A stretch of DNA of 55,298 bases, filler included, from Basidiobolus ranarum (Eukaryota): the NCBI GenBank assembly GCA_040143965.1. It is 2 parts of 2 records of this genome, joined end to end, with 100 filler letters (N's around TTAATTAATTAA, not from the genome) between each part and the next. Parts side by side here need not be neighbours in the genome. Positions count along the whole stretch, not along the records: positions 1 to 27,653 come from JASJQH010000120.1; 1 more part is not named here. One strand, written 5' to 3'. Positions within the stretch are counted from its first letter, which is position 1. Every line of letters begins with the position of its first letter. Positions 12,556 through 26,042 of the stretch are shown one piece after another. Below the pieces are notes generated by a model. It was not told the origin of the DNA. It made no database searches and saw only the letters and a program-made list of their open reading frames with translations. The position numbers were made by a program, and so were the translations under genes.

Positions 12556-13574
12556 AATGTTGTCTTATATTTGAAGTCTCGTAAATATATTTACTTGATA
12601 GGAGACTTCAGTTACAAATACAGAGACCAGCAACAAAAAGAAACAAATTTGACTAGTCAATAAATCTTATCCGTATTTGAAATCCTTGACTAAGTACATT
12701 TATCTTTTTTTGTCATTTTTTTTCTGCATACAATAAACTGCTCGGTGGTAATTCACATTAATCATGAACCTATATGGTTTATGGATTCTTCAACGATTCG
12801 ATTAATTATAATGCATTCCAAAGTTTGGACAGTAGAAGAGAATGAATTGATTAATGAATGGCTTTATATCTTTATTGGATCAAAGCCATATACTAATTAT
12901 ATCCGATGGTTACTAGTAAAGCCTATAAACAGGACTAGTGACCATTAAGCGACTTGCTAGATTTCCCACCAACTTCCCTTAATAGGACCAAATCATCTTA
13001 GTTTAGCTGACCACGCTTTTTCCTATGACCAGGACATTAGAGCATTCTCCGATGACTCAAGAGGAAACAGGTATCTATATGTCACATGGTTGGATCAGCT
13101 CCACTCTTACTAAGTATCAAGAGAGCATGCCATTTATCCGGGAAATCCCGACTGAAATGTCGTCTTACAATTTGGCAAAGCACAAAATCACCTTGCATGG
13201 GCAAGTATGTAAGCAGGGATCCAGATATAAAATCTAGGCATTGAGGTTTTTACTGGCATGTTGATACTAACTAGTGCATACATGTGTACATATGTATAAT
13301 AAATGTCTTAACTATAGAACTCATAAATATAGATTACCCATTAAGTTCCAGCTTCGTTACACAAGTGAGGCGGGTTGAATCAAGTCGTAGATGGTTCGCT
13401 CGAACGTCCAGCAGAAATTCCCATTCGAAAGTGAGGGCCGTGTATATAAATTATATAATGGACAATTGGCAAGAGTGATATAAATATTGTATTAATGAAG
13501 GGTATCATCGCTGATTGAAAAATGGATATGGTTATGAATATTGTGTATGATACTCAAAATTTCATAATGGCTAC

Positions 13575-14846
13575 TTACTGAACGCAATCATATTCCTGTT
13601 CGTGTGTAATATTACCTCGAATCCAATAATCCGATTCTAGAGGGAAAATCCCACTATATTCCATAAACACTTGGGCAAATTTCCAACTAAGTAATTCATT
13701 CCAGAGGAAGTACGTGATATAATCGTAAGTAACCAGCACACGAGGATTCATATAGATCTTATTATATCCGTAACTTTGCAAGTCTTTGGGAAGTAAGAAG
13801 CACTCCGAAGAGAAGCATTCATTTGAATGACTAGAGCGAAAGTTTAACTCTTGATGGTTGTAAAAGGAGGCAGTGTTCAAGGCCACTACACCATTCCAAC
13901 AGGTATATACTGGGAATTCTTGCCGATTTCGGAAAAGTTGTTGTGTAGGAAGATCTTGGATAAACGGATAGTACATGCTCATCAGTCGGCCATTACGGTC
14001 ACGAGCGACCCATCGATCATACAGTCCAGAGAGATCGAAATCAAATGAACATGCCATATCATAATCCATGCTATACTTAATTGATTACTAGCTGAGAGAT
14101 ATAGATATCAAAAGATATGAATGAACTTACTCATTAGTATTAAGAAGATGCAGAATTTGCTCAGAAGTAAAAACAATATCGTTGAAAAATAAAATTTGAT
14201 CGTATTTTTCACTTTTGTTGGTTGCCGAATAAGTTTCAAAGAATGGTTCTAAAACTTGGTTACGTATCTCTGCCATAAATGGAATCCTGTTTGCAACCCG
14301 GTTGCCCTTATCTTTGTCGTCCGACATCAGGATTCGATGGTGAATTCCCCGTTGGTCTAATATATTACCAAAGCTTTTCAAGAATTTTTTGGTTCCATCT
14401 TTACTATTACTTTCGACAATGGAAATGTATACGGAAGCAGAACCAATGGTCTCTACCAATCTCAGCAGCTCGCTTGACCATTGGGGTAGGATAGCTTCAT
14501 TATTATATAAGTTGGCAGCAATAAAGTACTTCCCAGTGAGCTTTATATCGGGACCAGTGAGTGCAGGCGACGCCAAGTCTTGTAAGAAAAATATAAATAG
14601 CATAAGACCAAAACATACGATGCCCAGTTGAAAATATGTTTTGTTCATGAAGTTAAAAGGTTCATTAGAACGTTGTGAATAGAAATAAATTAAGATTAAA
14701 GCAATTGTTTGAATTAAGACATATTTTGTTAGGTGAAAAAATGTGACATATGAATGAAAGGAATACCAGCCAAGTACTATGAAATTAAAAAGAAATAAAG
14801 ATAGAACCGCTGATACTGCTAAAGCTTTTTTGGGAGTAAACTTCAT
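13575..14846 (-). CDS. CAP59/CMT1-like alpha-1,3-mannosyltransferase (GT69) with N-terminal TM helices
   Basis: FIAANLYNNEAILPQW, VYISIVESNSKDGT, RIPFMAEIRNQVLEP, ILFFNDI, YDMACSFDF...YDRWVARD, FPVYTCWNGVVAL and SECFLLPKD..IYMNPRV. Intron 14130-14071 keeps the frame. Confidence 0.92.
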
Positions 14847-15101
14847 GGCCAAAAGTTTCAAGAGGTACCAAATGTTTTAGATACTTTCTTTTATCTAACG
14901 ATGAATGTTCCTTATTTCCTTAAATCTCTATTGGGCAATAGCTGAATGTCTATATCCAATAGGTATTATCTCATTCGTGCATATTGATCCACTCTTATCA
15001 GATTTTCAGTTGTCACAGGTAGTAACAAAATTTAGGATCAACGGTCTGGTCAACATCAGTATCATAATACCTTAACATTCCAACTTTCCTCAAGAGCGTA
15101 C

Positions 15102-17566
15102 ATGTCTTTATCAAGTACATCGGAATACAAACCACAATTAGATCTAAAGTCTGCGCTCTCTGGAAAAACTTCAAAATTCCATCCCTTTTTTATCGCAAAG
15201 CTTCCAAATATCGTTTGGATTAAAAGTCAGGGGAAATGGTGGCCTGGAAGGGTAAGTTTCTTCTTAGGACTCATTGGAAACCGAAGGTAAACCATGCTTA
15301 ATGCCGTACGTAGATATTGGACGACAGAACTAGAGTACCTTTGAAGATACAGAAATTCTCTCCCAAAAAGTCGGTTTTTCTTATCTGTTTGTCTTTGAAG
15401 TCTATTTAAGGATGCTTATTGAACTATGGGTGTTTATACACAAATCTACTTCTTTGCAGAGAGATCGTTCGTCTTGGTGCACCCAGTAAAAAGAATATCC
15501 AGCCTTTCTACTGCATACAGGCCGATAAATTTATCAAGCAGTGGAAAGGGAGTGAAAAAGAAAGAGAATTTAGAATTGCATTATCGAGGGCACATGATGC
15601 AGCAAGAAAAGACGAAGAATTACCGTCTGTTGATGATGTTTTAAGTACAGCAGGTTCACATGCTATTCAAAATCTTACATCCCAAGGCGAATCGGAAGTA
15701 ATAAAATCAAGCTATCTTACGGAGTTGCTGACTCTCGAGGAAGAGGAATTACCATCTGTAGATAACGCCATTAGATTAACATCACACTATTTAAATGAGC
15801 AAAAATGTCCCATAGAGTCTAACAGTTGTAATCAGCCACAAAGAGTTTCAAAAGGTAAACAAACAATAAGCCAAATAGAGAGCTGTGTTGATATAGCTTC
15901 TCCTTCGGTACTTGCAGATATAGAGAGATTCAGATCGAAAGGGAAAAATAAATTGGAATTGCGGAGTAATCTACATAGCTCGATCTCTATCACGAAGCCC
16001 CAACCACTACAGACTCAGGTTAATTACATGAAAAAGAAATATGAGTATATCGATGATGAGGATGATTTTACTTTTTTTTCGTCAAGCAAACTCAATTTCA
16101 AAAGCAAGTCAAGCACTAGTTTCGCCAGTCACTCATTAGAATACATTAGCAATGAAAAAAGTACTACGGCGAAAGGTGACTTATTACAGAATTCAAGAGA
16201 AGTGAGCAATAGGAGAAATGTAAAAGTTATGCCAAAGAATCGTAGTAATACTGGTCAAGAGGTACCCTTTAGCATAGGAAATGTAAGAAGGAAAGTTTTA
16301 CATCCATTGATGATATTGCTCAAAAGCCTAGGTTTGACGATCGTGACGAGTTGGCATTATTGGCTTCTCAGAGCACGCCTCATGAAATATGTCATTCAAT
16401 GGGAACACCGAATTTCTCGGATAGCGACTCTGACTCCATTCCAAGCGGAAAGATTATCATCAAACCAAGAGTTATTAGATATAATAAACAACGAGATGAG
16501 TTGGCTTTAGTTGGAAATGGAGTAGAACGTAAACGATAGGTTGAGTTCCCCTTCAGTTGGATCTTTATTAATGTAAATGATTTGTAGAAAAGAAAATACG
16601 CACAGAAAGTAGTCACGACGTATGCGAGCCTCCTATTTATAGTCAGCTAATCCTAAATGAAGACCCTGATTTTGATTTGGACACAAGGTACGAGTTTGCT
16701 TTCCTTGCTGGTAGAAACGAAACTAATTTGTTTCTCTACCAAAGTCTCATGGTACCTGGCGAACTATGTTTGGCATATCTAAGTTCATGTCACTCGTACT
16801 TTCCTGGCAAAGTTATTTCGTACAAGAGACCCAACAAATATAGAGTTCAAATTTATGACGGACAACGACGAGTCCTGTCTCGAAGCGATTTCTTTACTAT
16901 ATATGAACCGGAATTTCAGACATGTCCAGTAAGTGCAGAATTCCTTCATTAAGTCATGGAATATACCTAATACAATTGTACTGCTAGCTTGGCGATTTTG
17001 CCCTGGAGAGAGAAGACCCTGATTACGAAAATACACCTTTGAGAAGAGAGGTAGTCTCACATGAAATTGACTTGATTAGGATCATATGCGGAGGCGACGA
17101 AAATAGTTGGCGCTATGATAAATTCTTTCGCAGTCTTCGTGAACGTCGAATCTTGGCTCACTATATTAGTCGGGGTCCGTTCGGGATTAATGAATTTCAT
17201 TTTATTTCGCGAGTATTAAAGCAGATGTTTACGGAACAACGCACTGCTGACCCCGAAGAAGAAGCCTCTTACGGTTTTGATTTTATATCCGTGGAACAAT
17301 TACACCTTAATTCAGATCTCCTCAATCCAAAAATATTGCAGCAATTTTGTGACGATGTTTTACTCCCCGAAGTCATAATCCGTATGATTATGACTCGTGA
17401 AAATATTGAATATAGAGAGGCTGAGCAAGAAATGTTACATGGCTATATGGATTCAAGGTGGGTTGAACAAGTTATGGCTGCACGACATTCCTTTGCAGAC
17501 GGACGCATCTCTTTAGTTGAAAAACATAGGATTTTTAGGAGCGTAGATAGGGATGAGGATGACTAG
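15102..17566 (+). CDS. Chromatin-reader-like protein with N-terminal PWWP-like and C-terminal Tudor-like domains, multi-exon
   Basis: IVWIKSQGKWWPGR (PWWP-like). PGELCLAY..SYFPGKVISYKRPNKYRVQIYDG (Tudor-like barrel). Exons join through GT-AG introns (donor at 15252; intron 16202-16272). Confidence 0.72.
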
Positions 17567-18276
17567 GCTTGGTTGTCACATTTATTGTTCTATAATATCA
17601 AAGTACACTCACGATTGTTTGTTAATTAATTTACTTCAGACTGCTTATTGTTTACTGACGCAGGATGTAAGAAAGAAAGCGCAGTTTTTCGATAATGAAT
17701 GATGTTTTTTAGTGACAATAATTGGATGCAAGATTTTAAACTGCTTAAGCATGGAATAATTCCCCCTTATCAAGAAATTACAGGCCATGTTCACTTTCTA
17801 GAATGCACAGATTAAGACTTTTCCAAGACACCTGATGCTCTAGTTCTTTAAAAAGTCTTACTAAAATGGGAAAGATTAATTTAATGACGACGAATTCAGA
17901 CTACTCTCTGAATGCTTAGAAATGTCTGAACATGCATGGTAACACGAATAAATTCTGTTAATGTAGTTTGATTTTCTTCACGCTCTCCAATTAGACAGCA
18001 ATAATTAGATATGTTCTTTGCGTTGCATCGCTTTACATGGCCTCGATTTTAGGATGAGCAGAATTGCGAGGATGTCGCAAACAATGTGATATAGGCACGG
18101 CACCTGGTTGAATACACCTGTTTGAGTAGTAATCATTATGTACAGATCATGAGTAGTGAAGATCAATTAGCGAGATTGGTGGAATTACCATGATTAGTGG
18201 GGCTAGCTTGATTAGATGATTTGGTTAGCTGGCAGTAATATAAAGCAATGCATTCTATTTGCAATGCTATTTATAC

Positions 18277-18365
18277 TCATTGGCTTATAACCACCGCAAA
18301 GTCATTGTCATTGGTATAAAACTACCGCATAGTTTCACATCATTGGTTCGAAACTAGTGTAAAGT
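18277..18365. promoter_or_regulatory. Three CCAAT boxes (ATTGG) spaced 31-32 bp in a degenerate tandem unit upstream of casein kinase I
   Basis: TCATTGG starts at 18277, 18308 and 18340, each followed by a similar ...AACYA...AAG/ATAG tail. Confidence 0.6.
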
Positions 18366-18771
18366 ATCTTGTGTGGCGTTGCCGTGATGAAGTTCCATAT
18401 GAATCGACTGATTTCAAGGTGATCTTTCTCTGCTCATCCCGTGATTGTACCCTAGAATTTTGGAATTCAAGTGAGGGGGTATTTCGTAGTCCAGTGTTTT
18501 TTTCTTTCTGTCAACCAGGGACTGAGACTGATTGATTATGCTGATTTATATCACACTTTCTTGATCCCAATAATCATCACCAAATTTATCGTTCGTTTCT
18601 TCTCTTTCGTTGGGCTAAATCTTTTCAACACACTTGTAACTATTTGGCTTTTTGTCCTTCAAATATAACCCTTTCTATTAGCTTGGGCACTCCCCTTATT
18701 CTAAAACAACTACATTGCTAGTATAAAAACCACTTGGTCATCTTTAAACATATATTTTTGATTCTTAGCTC

Positions 18772-20652
18772 ATGGATTTTAGAGTCGCCAACAAGTATAG
18801 ACTAGGGAGAAAGATTGGCTCTGGGTCGTTTGGAGAAATCTATCTGGGTAATGACTTGTTTTATAAATATAGTTGATTCAGTGTCCTTTCATTTTTGCAA
18901 CCATTCAAGACCCCTTACCAATTGCCCATTACAGTTCCAACATTTGATAACTGAACATTATAACAACTTTGTTCCAATTCCCTTTTTGGTTTACTATAAA
19001 TTAGGTCGACTTGTTTGGTTTTTATTCATCATCTAGAAGAATGCATGACTTGAGACTACTTTCTTGAAAAGAAATGTTTTTGACTTTATACTCATGCAGG
19101 TCTATTTTCTTCTATTAGCAACAAACATCGTGAGTGGTGAAGAAGTTGCCGTTAAGCTAGAATCAGTAAAAGCCCGCCATCCTCAACTTGAATATGAAGC
19201 AAAAGTGTATAAAGCATTAGCGGGTGGAGTAGGAATACCCTTTGTCCGCTACTTTGGCACTGAAATGGACTATAACTGTATGGTTATGGATCTACTTGGT
19301 CCTTCCTTAGAGGACCTTTTCAATTTCTGCTCACGTAAATTTTCTCTAAAAACCGTGCTTCTATTGGCCGATCAAATGGTATTATTCCACTCATTTATCA
19401 TCGTTCGTTGCTGTTCTCTCTAAATGCTCATTATCTACATACAATAGATTGCTCGTATTGAGTATATGCACTCTAAAAGCTTTCTCCATAGGGACATCAA
19501 GCCTGATAATTTCTTGATTGGAATTGGAAAGTGGACCAACCACGTACATATCATCGATTTTGGATTGGCAAAAAGATACAGAGATCCACGCACCCACGTT
19601 CACATACCGTACAGAGAGAATAAGAATCTAACTGGAACTGCTCGCTATGCTAGCATCAATACACATCTTGGCGTAGGTCAGTAGTTTACTCTGAAATCTA
19701 TGCATTATCCCAGCCTATACTGACGCAGTTTTCCTCAGAGCAATCGAGAAGAGATGACCTAGAGTCTCTGGGATATGTTCTCATGTACTTTTGCAGAGGA
19801 TCGTTGCCTTGGCAAGGGCTGAAAGCCACCACTAAGAAACAAAAATATGATCGTATTATGGAGAAAAAAATGACCACTCCTGTTGAAACTCTTTGCCGTG
19901 GATTCCCTAACGAATTTGTAACATATCTTAAATACACAAGAAACTTACGATTTGACGATAAACCGGATTACAACTTTCTTCGTAAGCTCTTCTACGATCT
20001 TCTTGTTCGTGAAGGGTACCACTACGATTATGTCTTTGATTGGACAATTTTGGAAAAGGTATTTATCATTCTTATGCTCAGCGAGTATCTACCTGTGTTG
20101 ACTCTTGGACAATGATTATAGGAAAAAAATATCGCCAAAGCGGATACTAAACCATATGTCACTCCTGTCCAAGCTCCGTCTCATAATCTCCCCATTCCAA
20201 GAGATGATTATGGAATGTTTCTCAAAGAGGTAAGCTAGTAAAGCTAATCGCTTGTAAAGATCTTGATTGTAACTTCAATTCATTAGACACCTCTCTCGTC
20301 TTCACGATTGTCACAAGCACCCACCAATGACGGCGCCCTCCATCGTAACTCTCGCTCACCTGTGTATTCTCCAAATCCATCATATAACCCCTGTCCTAAC
20401 TCCACCGTACTTCCGCCCATTGACGCTTTAGCTGGAGGTTTGGGACCCAACTCTAGGCTTCATCCCATGAATAACTCTTCTCGTCAAAAGATGCCTCATG
20501 TCCAGGATATCTTATCAGACGATCGGTACCGCATGGGCTTGTCTGCTGCTCAGCAGAACATAAGAGGCAATTCGGTCTCCATCGCACCTCCTAGGTTCCG
20601 CACCCCAGGTGATGGCTATACAGACCCAAACATGTATAACTATCCAAGCTGA
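18772..20652 (+). CDS. HRR25: Casein kinase I (HRR25/Hhp1-like), multi-exon
   Basis: [100 protein letters not shown] and LPWQGLK, followed by a Pro/Ser-rich tail. Confidence 0.96.
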
Positions 20653-21375
20653 ATTACATCAAGAACTTTTTTCGAACGGAACTCAAATATCAAAACTAGG
20701 CAAATAATGATCACTCTATCTAGGAATCGCTCCCTTCTATGTTAAATGTCGAATTTGCGTCGAAGAATTCTACTTTTATCTTTTCAATTACAATTCTTGG
20801 TAAACATAGCTACCCTTTCGTTTAATATTCGCATTTTCTTGTTTGGTAATGAACTCTCCACCATCTAGCCATTTTTTGTTTTTGTCTATTTTTCTACAAC
20901 TAATGGAACGAGTGAGTTGATGCAAATGTCGTTGCTTGTTTTGCACATACATTTGCCTGTTCATTGTCGTCCATTGGGAACTGTATTGACCCTCTTCGTA
21001 CACACATATAGTCTAAACAGGCAGAAATATTTCATACCTGCACCTCACATTATTGTCTAGTTATTTCTTTTCGACATGTATTCCTTCTTATTCCGCCTAT
21101 TTTCTTTACCCGCTTTGATATGGATGTCTTCGTCATCAATATCACACGAACCTTCATTGATTATTTGGCAAATCCAACGACCACTCAAATAGCCAAGATG
21201 TAATTCACTACCCTCCCCTAATTGAAATATTTGGGATACTAGTAAATATATTTGATTACTGAAGTGGGGGATTTGTCATACATTTCCACATGATTTCCTT
21301 TCTTCACCATAGAACACTGTTCTTCTGCTCATAGTTCACTAATTTGATTCATTACAACATGTTTAAATCCCTGAT

Positions 21376-21618
21376 TTATTTAAACAACTTTTGAAACAAA
21401 TCTTGGTCTAGATGATTACATGCTTTAATCAACTTCAAGTCCTCCCAACCTTCTTGAATTAACCGCTTAATCAAGGTTTCGTCAGTTTCTTGAGCATAAA
21501 CTTCGAATAACTCTCTCAAATTGTATTGAAATTTTCTACCAAGTGAATTAACTGGAAATCGATGAATTTCTCTTAGTGCTGCTCTGTAAAGATGGATGGA
21601 TGCGTTATATCCGGACAT
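21376..21618 (-). CDS. LYR-motif (Complex1_LYR family) small mitochondrial protein
   Basis: 80 aa with HLYRAALREIHRFP...YNLRELFE...IKRLIQEG, the typical LYR three-helix pattern. Confidence 0.8.
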   Translation of the reverse strand: MSGYNASIHLYRAALREIHRFPVNSLGRKFQYNLRELFEVYAQETDETLIKRLIQEGWEDLKLIKACNHLDQDLFQKLFK

Positions 21619-21833
21619 GTGTTAGAGAGAAAAGCGTGTTGCTCTCATTGAGATTTTCAGTTTGTTGATAAACGAGGTCACGTGATACACACATATATAA
21701 TAAAATTATTTATCGAAGATCAATAATAAGGGATTTTATATTCAACAAGTATGTAATAAAACAAGTGAGAATCTATCAATATGAACTGAGGATGTTAACA
21801 AATTTACGGAGAATGGGTTCTGGATGGAAGCAT

Positions 21834-23346
21834 CTACTGAAAAGCAACATTCCATTTCTTGACCTCTACATTACCCCCACCTCCAGCATAACCAGTACCC
21901 TCTGAATGTAGCTCAACAATGTCTTTGGGTCGACATTTCTTTTCACAAACGAAGCATTTTTGTGTATTCTTGACAAATTTATCCATACAATGCTTGCATA
22001 AAACGTGTCCGCATGCTTTGTTAACTAATACGATAGATGTGGTGTCAATAATGTGCGATACAGAAGAAATGAATGGAATATCAAACTACTTACTTGCTAT
22101 CTTCATTCCATTGTTGAGAGTTTTGAGGCATGAAGGGCACATATGAGTGTCAGAGTTTTTGGAATTTTCTTCTTTAGATTTCGTAAATATAACGGGAACT
22201 AATTTCTTAATACTAATAATGATCCAATTAGTTATCCATGTTTCTACGCAATATGTCTCCATTAAATAAGTACCTGGTGGGATGAGGCTTAACAGCTGTA
22301 CACATTACTTGCTGCTTTGCAGCTTCTAGAATAGTACTTTTAGAATCCGGAGTTAAAGTAGGCTAAAGAAGACATGTATTGGTTAGTATTCATGAGTGCA
22401 TACAAGTTGTATAATCGAACACTTACAATCCAAAAACTAGGCAGCGCGGATTTATTGTTTTCTTGCTGTTAAACGAAAGGATTAATAACCAGACCATTAA
22501 ACAATAAAAACAAGTAGATCAACCTCTTGCTTTTCCATACGTGTCAGAGCTTCATCGCGGTCCAATTTTGAGCGTGCTTCGATATCTTCTGCTCTAAGTC
22601 CAAAAACACGATTTTCCACTTCACCAGAGGCTATATATGTCCATCAGTTGCTTGCTTTCTAGTCCTCAATATCGAAATATAATCAAACCTGTGATGGCGA
22701 GCGTTGGAGTAGTTGCTACCTCCTTTGTTGGACTGGATTCCGCTCTTTTGGAAGGTCTACTAGCGGATATTTGAGATTGAGTTTTTTCGAACTCTCGAAT
22801 AACAACATCCTGAGCTTCAACTTCCTTTCTTTTTCTTTCTTCCTAAAAAAGAGAGTGGAGGGTTGTTTTAATAAACCATCTAAGTAAAATATAGGTTGGA
22901 GAACAGGAAGACTTGAACACTTTACTTCTATTTGATTCTTTTTACTTTCAAGGTCTTTGTTTTGACGAGTTATTTCTTTCTTTTGAGCGATAATGTTTTC
23001 ATATATGCACTCTTTACAAGCGATATGTCCTTCGGAGCTAAAAAGACAAAGTGAGTAGGTTGTTTTTGGTGGATCAATATCTTGGATAAACTTGAAATAC
23101 CAACTAAGCGGATCTCTAGCCGTTTGAAGGCATAAGAAACACGCGTCAAAATTTCTCATCGAATCACGACCAAGTCTTTGCTATTTTCATATGAAATAGA
23201 ATATATTCAGCTATAAGTTCAAGGTAAACAAATAAAATAAATTCCCCCCTCCTCTTTCATACTTTTAAGGTTCCATAGTTTAGTCTTTGCTTTTCAGCGT
23301 ATGTGAAAAAACCTAAAGCGGTACTATTCTTGGAATGTCTTGACAT
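21834..23346 (-). CDS. NOSIP: Nitric oxide synthase-interacting protein (NOSIP) homolog, RING/U-box-like splicing factor, multi-exon
   Basis: MSRHSKNSTALGFFTYAEK...RLGRDSMRNFDACFLCLQTARDP, CKECIYENI, LPSFWIP, C-terminal CPSCLKTLNN...CGHVLCKHC...CFVC and EGTGYAGGG. Confidence 0.92.
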
Positions 23347-23572
23347 ATTATTCTGAGCAAGTATAAAAATGAAGTTATGAATAACCTAAACTATTTTAGA
23401 GAAATGGTTGAAATTCTCTAACTTTGAGTGATTGAATAAATTAATGAAATAGATTGGAATCAAAAAAATTCAGTCGAAATGAATTTTTTAAATGTATGCT
23501 TGTATTTTTACTAAGCCCCAAAAAGGATTGTCTATCGTGACTTGGAGTGAAGACACTTAACCACTCACTGTT

Positions 23573-24139
23573 ATGACAAGTAAAGAGAGTTTCCTTAATT
23601 CTTGTGTATTTTCCTTTATCAATAGAAGTTTGCCTATTTTCTTTAGTTTCTCTAATCAACACGTTATGTCCTGGTGACACTTCAATCTCTCTTCGAGTGA
23701 AGGTGATCAGGATCGAACTCCTGGCAGAAACTACCTTAGCCGGTGAAGCCTTTATTTCTCAACTACTCCCTTTTCAAAAGCCCTATTAACAAAATCTCTC
23801 GCAGATGAGACCACTCTTAGGGTTGCGAACATCTTGCTAGCCGATAAAACTGGAAGTGTGGTGTTTTCCGCACGTGGAGGTAGTTGCTCCCTCAGCTGGT
23901 TTAATTGAGCTTTTACTAATGAATAGATAGATCAAGTAGATATGTTCAAGCCCGGAACCTGGATAAGCATCCAACAAGGTCAAATAGAGCTCTCTTACGG
24001 TCGCATGCTGCTTACTGTGCCAGGAGATGGAAGCATTCAATCAATCTCACCACCAATTGAGGAGTCAGATTCCTTAAATTTACTAAGCAACATCACCCAA
24101 AATCAGTATCAGTATGCTCCAATACATCAAGATCAATAA
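23573..24139 (+). CDS. Small single OB-fold nucleic-acid-binding protein (At4g28440 / crenarchaeal SSB / NABP-like)
   Basis: Phase-consistent exons 23573-23579, 23647-23742, 23805-23879 and 23931-24139 give MTISLINTLCPGDTSISLRVKV...RVANILLADKTGSVVFSARGDQVDMFKPGTWISIQQGQIELSYGRMLLTV...NITQNQYQY. Confidence 0.82.
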
Positions 24140-24785
24140 ACAGTGCATTTACTTATCTCTTCCATCGCTTCCATTAACACCAGTTGTGGCTTGGGTGTCA
24201 GGAATTTGACAACAACCTTATCCAAAGCAATCGTTTATAGATCGTTTTCTAGTAGTTTCCATGACGCAACATCTAAGGAATCGGGTCCAGATCCAACTGC
24301 GAGTATCCAAGTGAAATCAATCGCGGAGGTACACGATGTCTAGCCTACTGAATGGTATTCCAGAATCTATAGAGACGTGGATCGATTTTGCAAGAGCAAA
24401 TTCCGGACATGGTTCCTAAACGAGTGAAAATTCCACTGGATTTGGATCTCGCATTCTCGTAGCTTACCGGATCAGCATTTTGGAATAGTATTTTTCCCCC
24501 CATCAATTCTCGGTATGATCTGTCTAGGTTCACACATTTACTCGCCATAGCTAAATTCTATGCGACTCTGCCAGAAATATCGCATTCATCACCCAATCCA
24601 ATCTACTAAGAATTGGCGATTTCAGTCGATCCTCGTTCTCTAGATTGATAAAACGCTGGATTCCTTATTAGTAAAATACGGATAATTCTTTGTTGTTACC
24701 TCATCTACATGCGTAAATTTGCATATAAAAATGACCTTCGTCACCTGCGTTTTTACTCAAGAACTTATATTCTTAATTCACAACC

Positions 24786-26042
24786 ATGTCCAACAACCTC
24801 AGCAGTAAACTCGGTGTCAGTGACGTTGACGTCAAGGGAAAGAGAGTCCTCCTCCGTGTTGACTTCAACGTCCCCTTCGCTGATGGCAAAATCAGTAACA
24901 ACCAACGTATTGTTGCTGCCCTCCCTACCATCAAGTATGTCCTTGATAACGGTGCCTCCGCTGTTATCCTCATGAGTCATCTTGGCCGTCCTAATGGTCA
25001 AGCTGTTCCCAAGTACTCCTTGAAGCCTGTTGCTGAGGAACTTAGCAAGCTTTTGGATCGTCAAGTAACTTTCCTTAATGACTGTGTTGGTCCTGAAGTT
25101 GAGAAGGCTTGCATTGAAGCCTCCAACGGAAAGGTCATCCTTTTGGAGAATCTTCGTTACCACATCGAGGAAGAAGGTTCCTCCAAGGATAGTGAGGGTA
25201 AGAAGGTCAAGGCCACCCCTGAAGCCGTCCAAGCTTTCCGTCAATCTCTTACCAAGCTTGGTGAGGTCTATGTTAACGATGCTTTCGGTACTGCCCATCG
25301 TGCTCACAGCTCCATGGTTGGTGTTGACCTTCCCGTTCGCGCTGCCGGTTTCTTGATGAAGAAGGAATTGGACTTCTTCTCCAAGGCTTTGGAATCCCCT
25401 GAACGTCCTTTTCTTTCCATCCTCGGTGGTGCCAAGGTTTCCGATAAAATCCAATTGATCAACAACTTGCTCGATAAAGTTGATTCTATGATCATTGGTG
25501 GTGGTATGGCTTATACCTTCAAGAAGACCCTTGAAGGTGTTGAGATTGGTGATTCTCTCTTCGACAAAGCTGGTGCTGAAATCGTCAAGGATCTCGTCGA
25601 GAAGGCCAAGAAGAACAACGTCAAGCTTTACCTTCCCGTTGATTACATCACCGCCGACAAATTCGACAAAGATGCTAACACTGGTTACGCTACTGATGCT
25701 ACCGGTATCCCTGCTGGCTGGCAAGGTCTCGATTGCGGTGAGAAGAGTAATGATATCAACCGCAAGGCTATCTTAGAAGCCAAGACCATCCTCTGGAACG
25801 GTCCTTTGGGTGTCTTCGAATTCGAGAAGTTCGATAAGGGTACCAAGACTGCTCTTGACGCCGTTGTTGAGGCTACCAAGAACGGTGCTACCACCATTGT
25901 TGGTGGTGGTGATACCGCTACTGCTGCCAAGAAATGGGGACAAGAGGCTAACATCAGCCACGTCTCTACCGGGGGTGGTGCTTCCTTAGAATTATTGGAA
26001 GGTAAACAACTCCCAGGTGTTGTTGCTCTTTCTTCCAAATAA
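24786..26042 (+). CDS. PGK1: Phosphoglycerate kinase
   Basis: [44 protein letters not shown] and [15 protein letters not shown]. Intronless with strong codon bias; TATAAAA at about 24725. Confidence 0.99.
   Translation: MSNNLSSKLGVSDVDVKGKRVLLRVDFNVPFADGKISNNQRIVAALPTIKYVLDNGASAVILMSHLGRPNGQAVPKYSLKPVAEELSKLLDRQVTFLNDCVGPEVEKACIEASNGKVILLENLRYHIEEEGSSKDSEGKKVKATPEAVQAFRQSLTKLGEVYVNDAFGTAHRAHSSMVGVDLPVRAAGFLMKKELDFFSKALESPERPFLSILGGAKVSDKIQLINNLLDKVDSMIIGGGMAYTFKKTLEGVEIGDSLFDKAGAEIVKDLVEKAKKNNVKLYLPVDYITADKFDKDANTGYATDATGIPAGWQGLDCGEKSNDINRKAILEAKTILWNGPLGVFEFEKFDKGTKTALDAVVEATKNGATTIVGGGDTATAAKKWGQEANISHVSTGGGASLELLEGKQLPGVVALSSK

Noticed and set aside
24765-25724. 319-aa antisense ORF over PGK
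   Set aside because: Shadow ORF expected from the strong codon bias of a highly expressed gene; it has no recognisable motifs.
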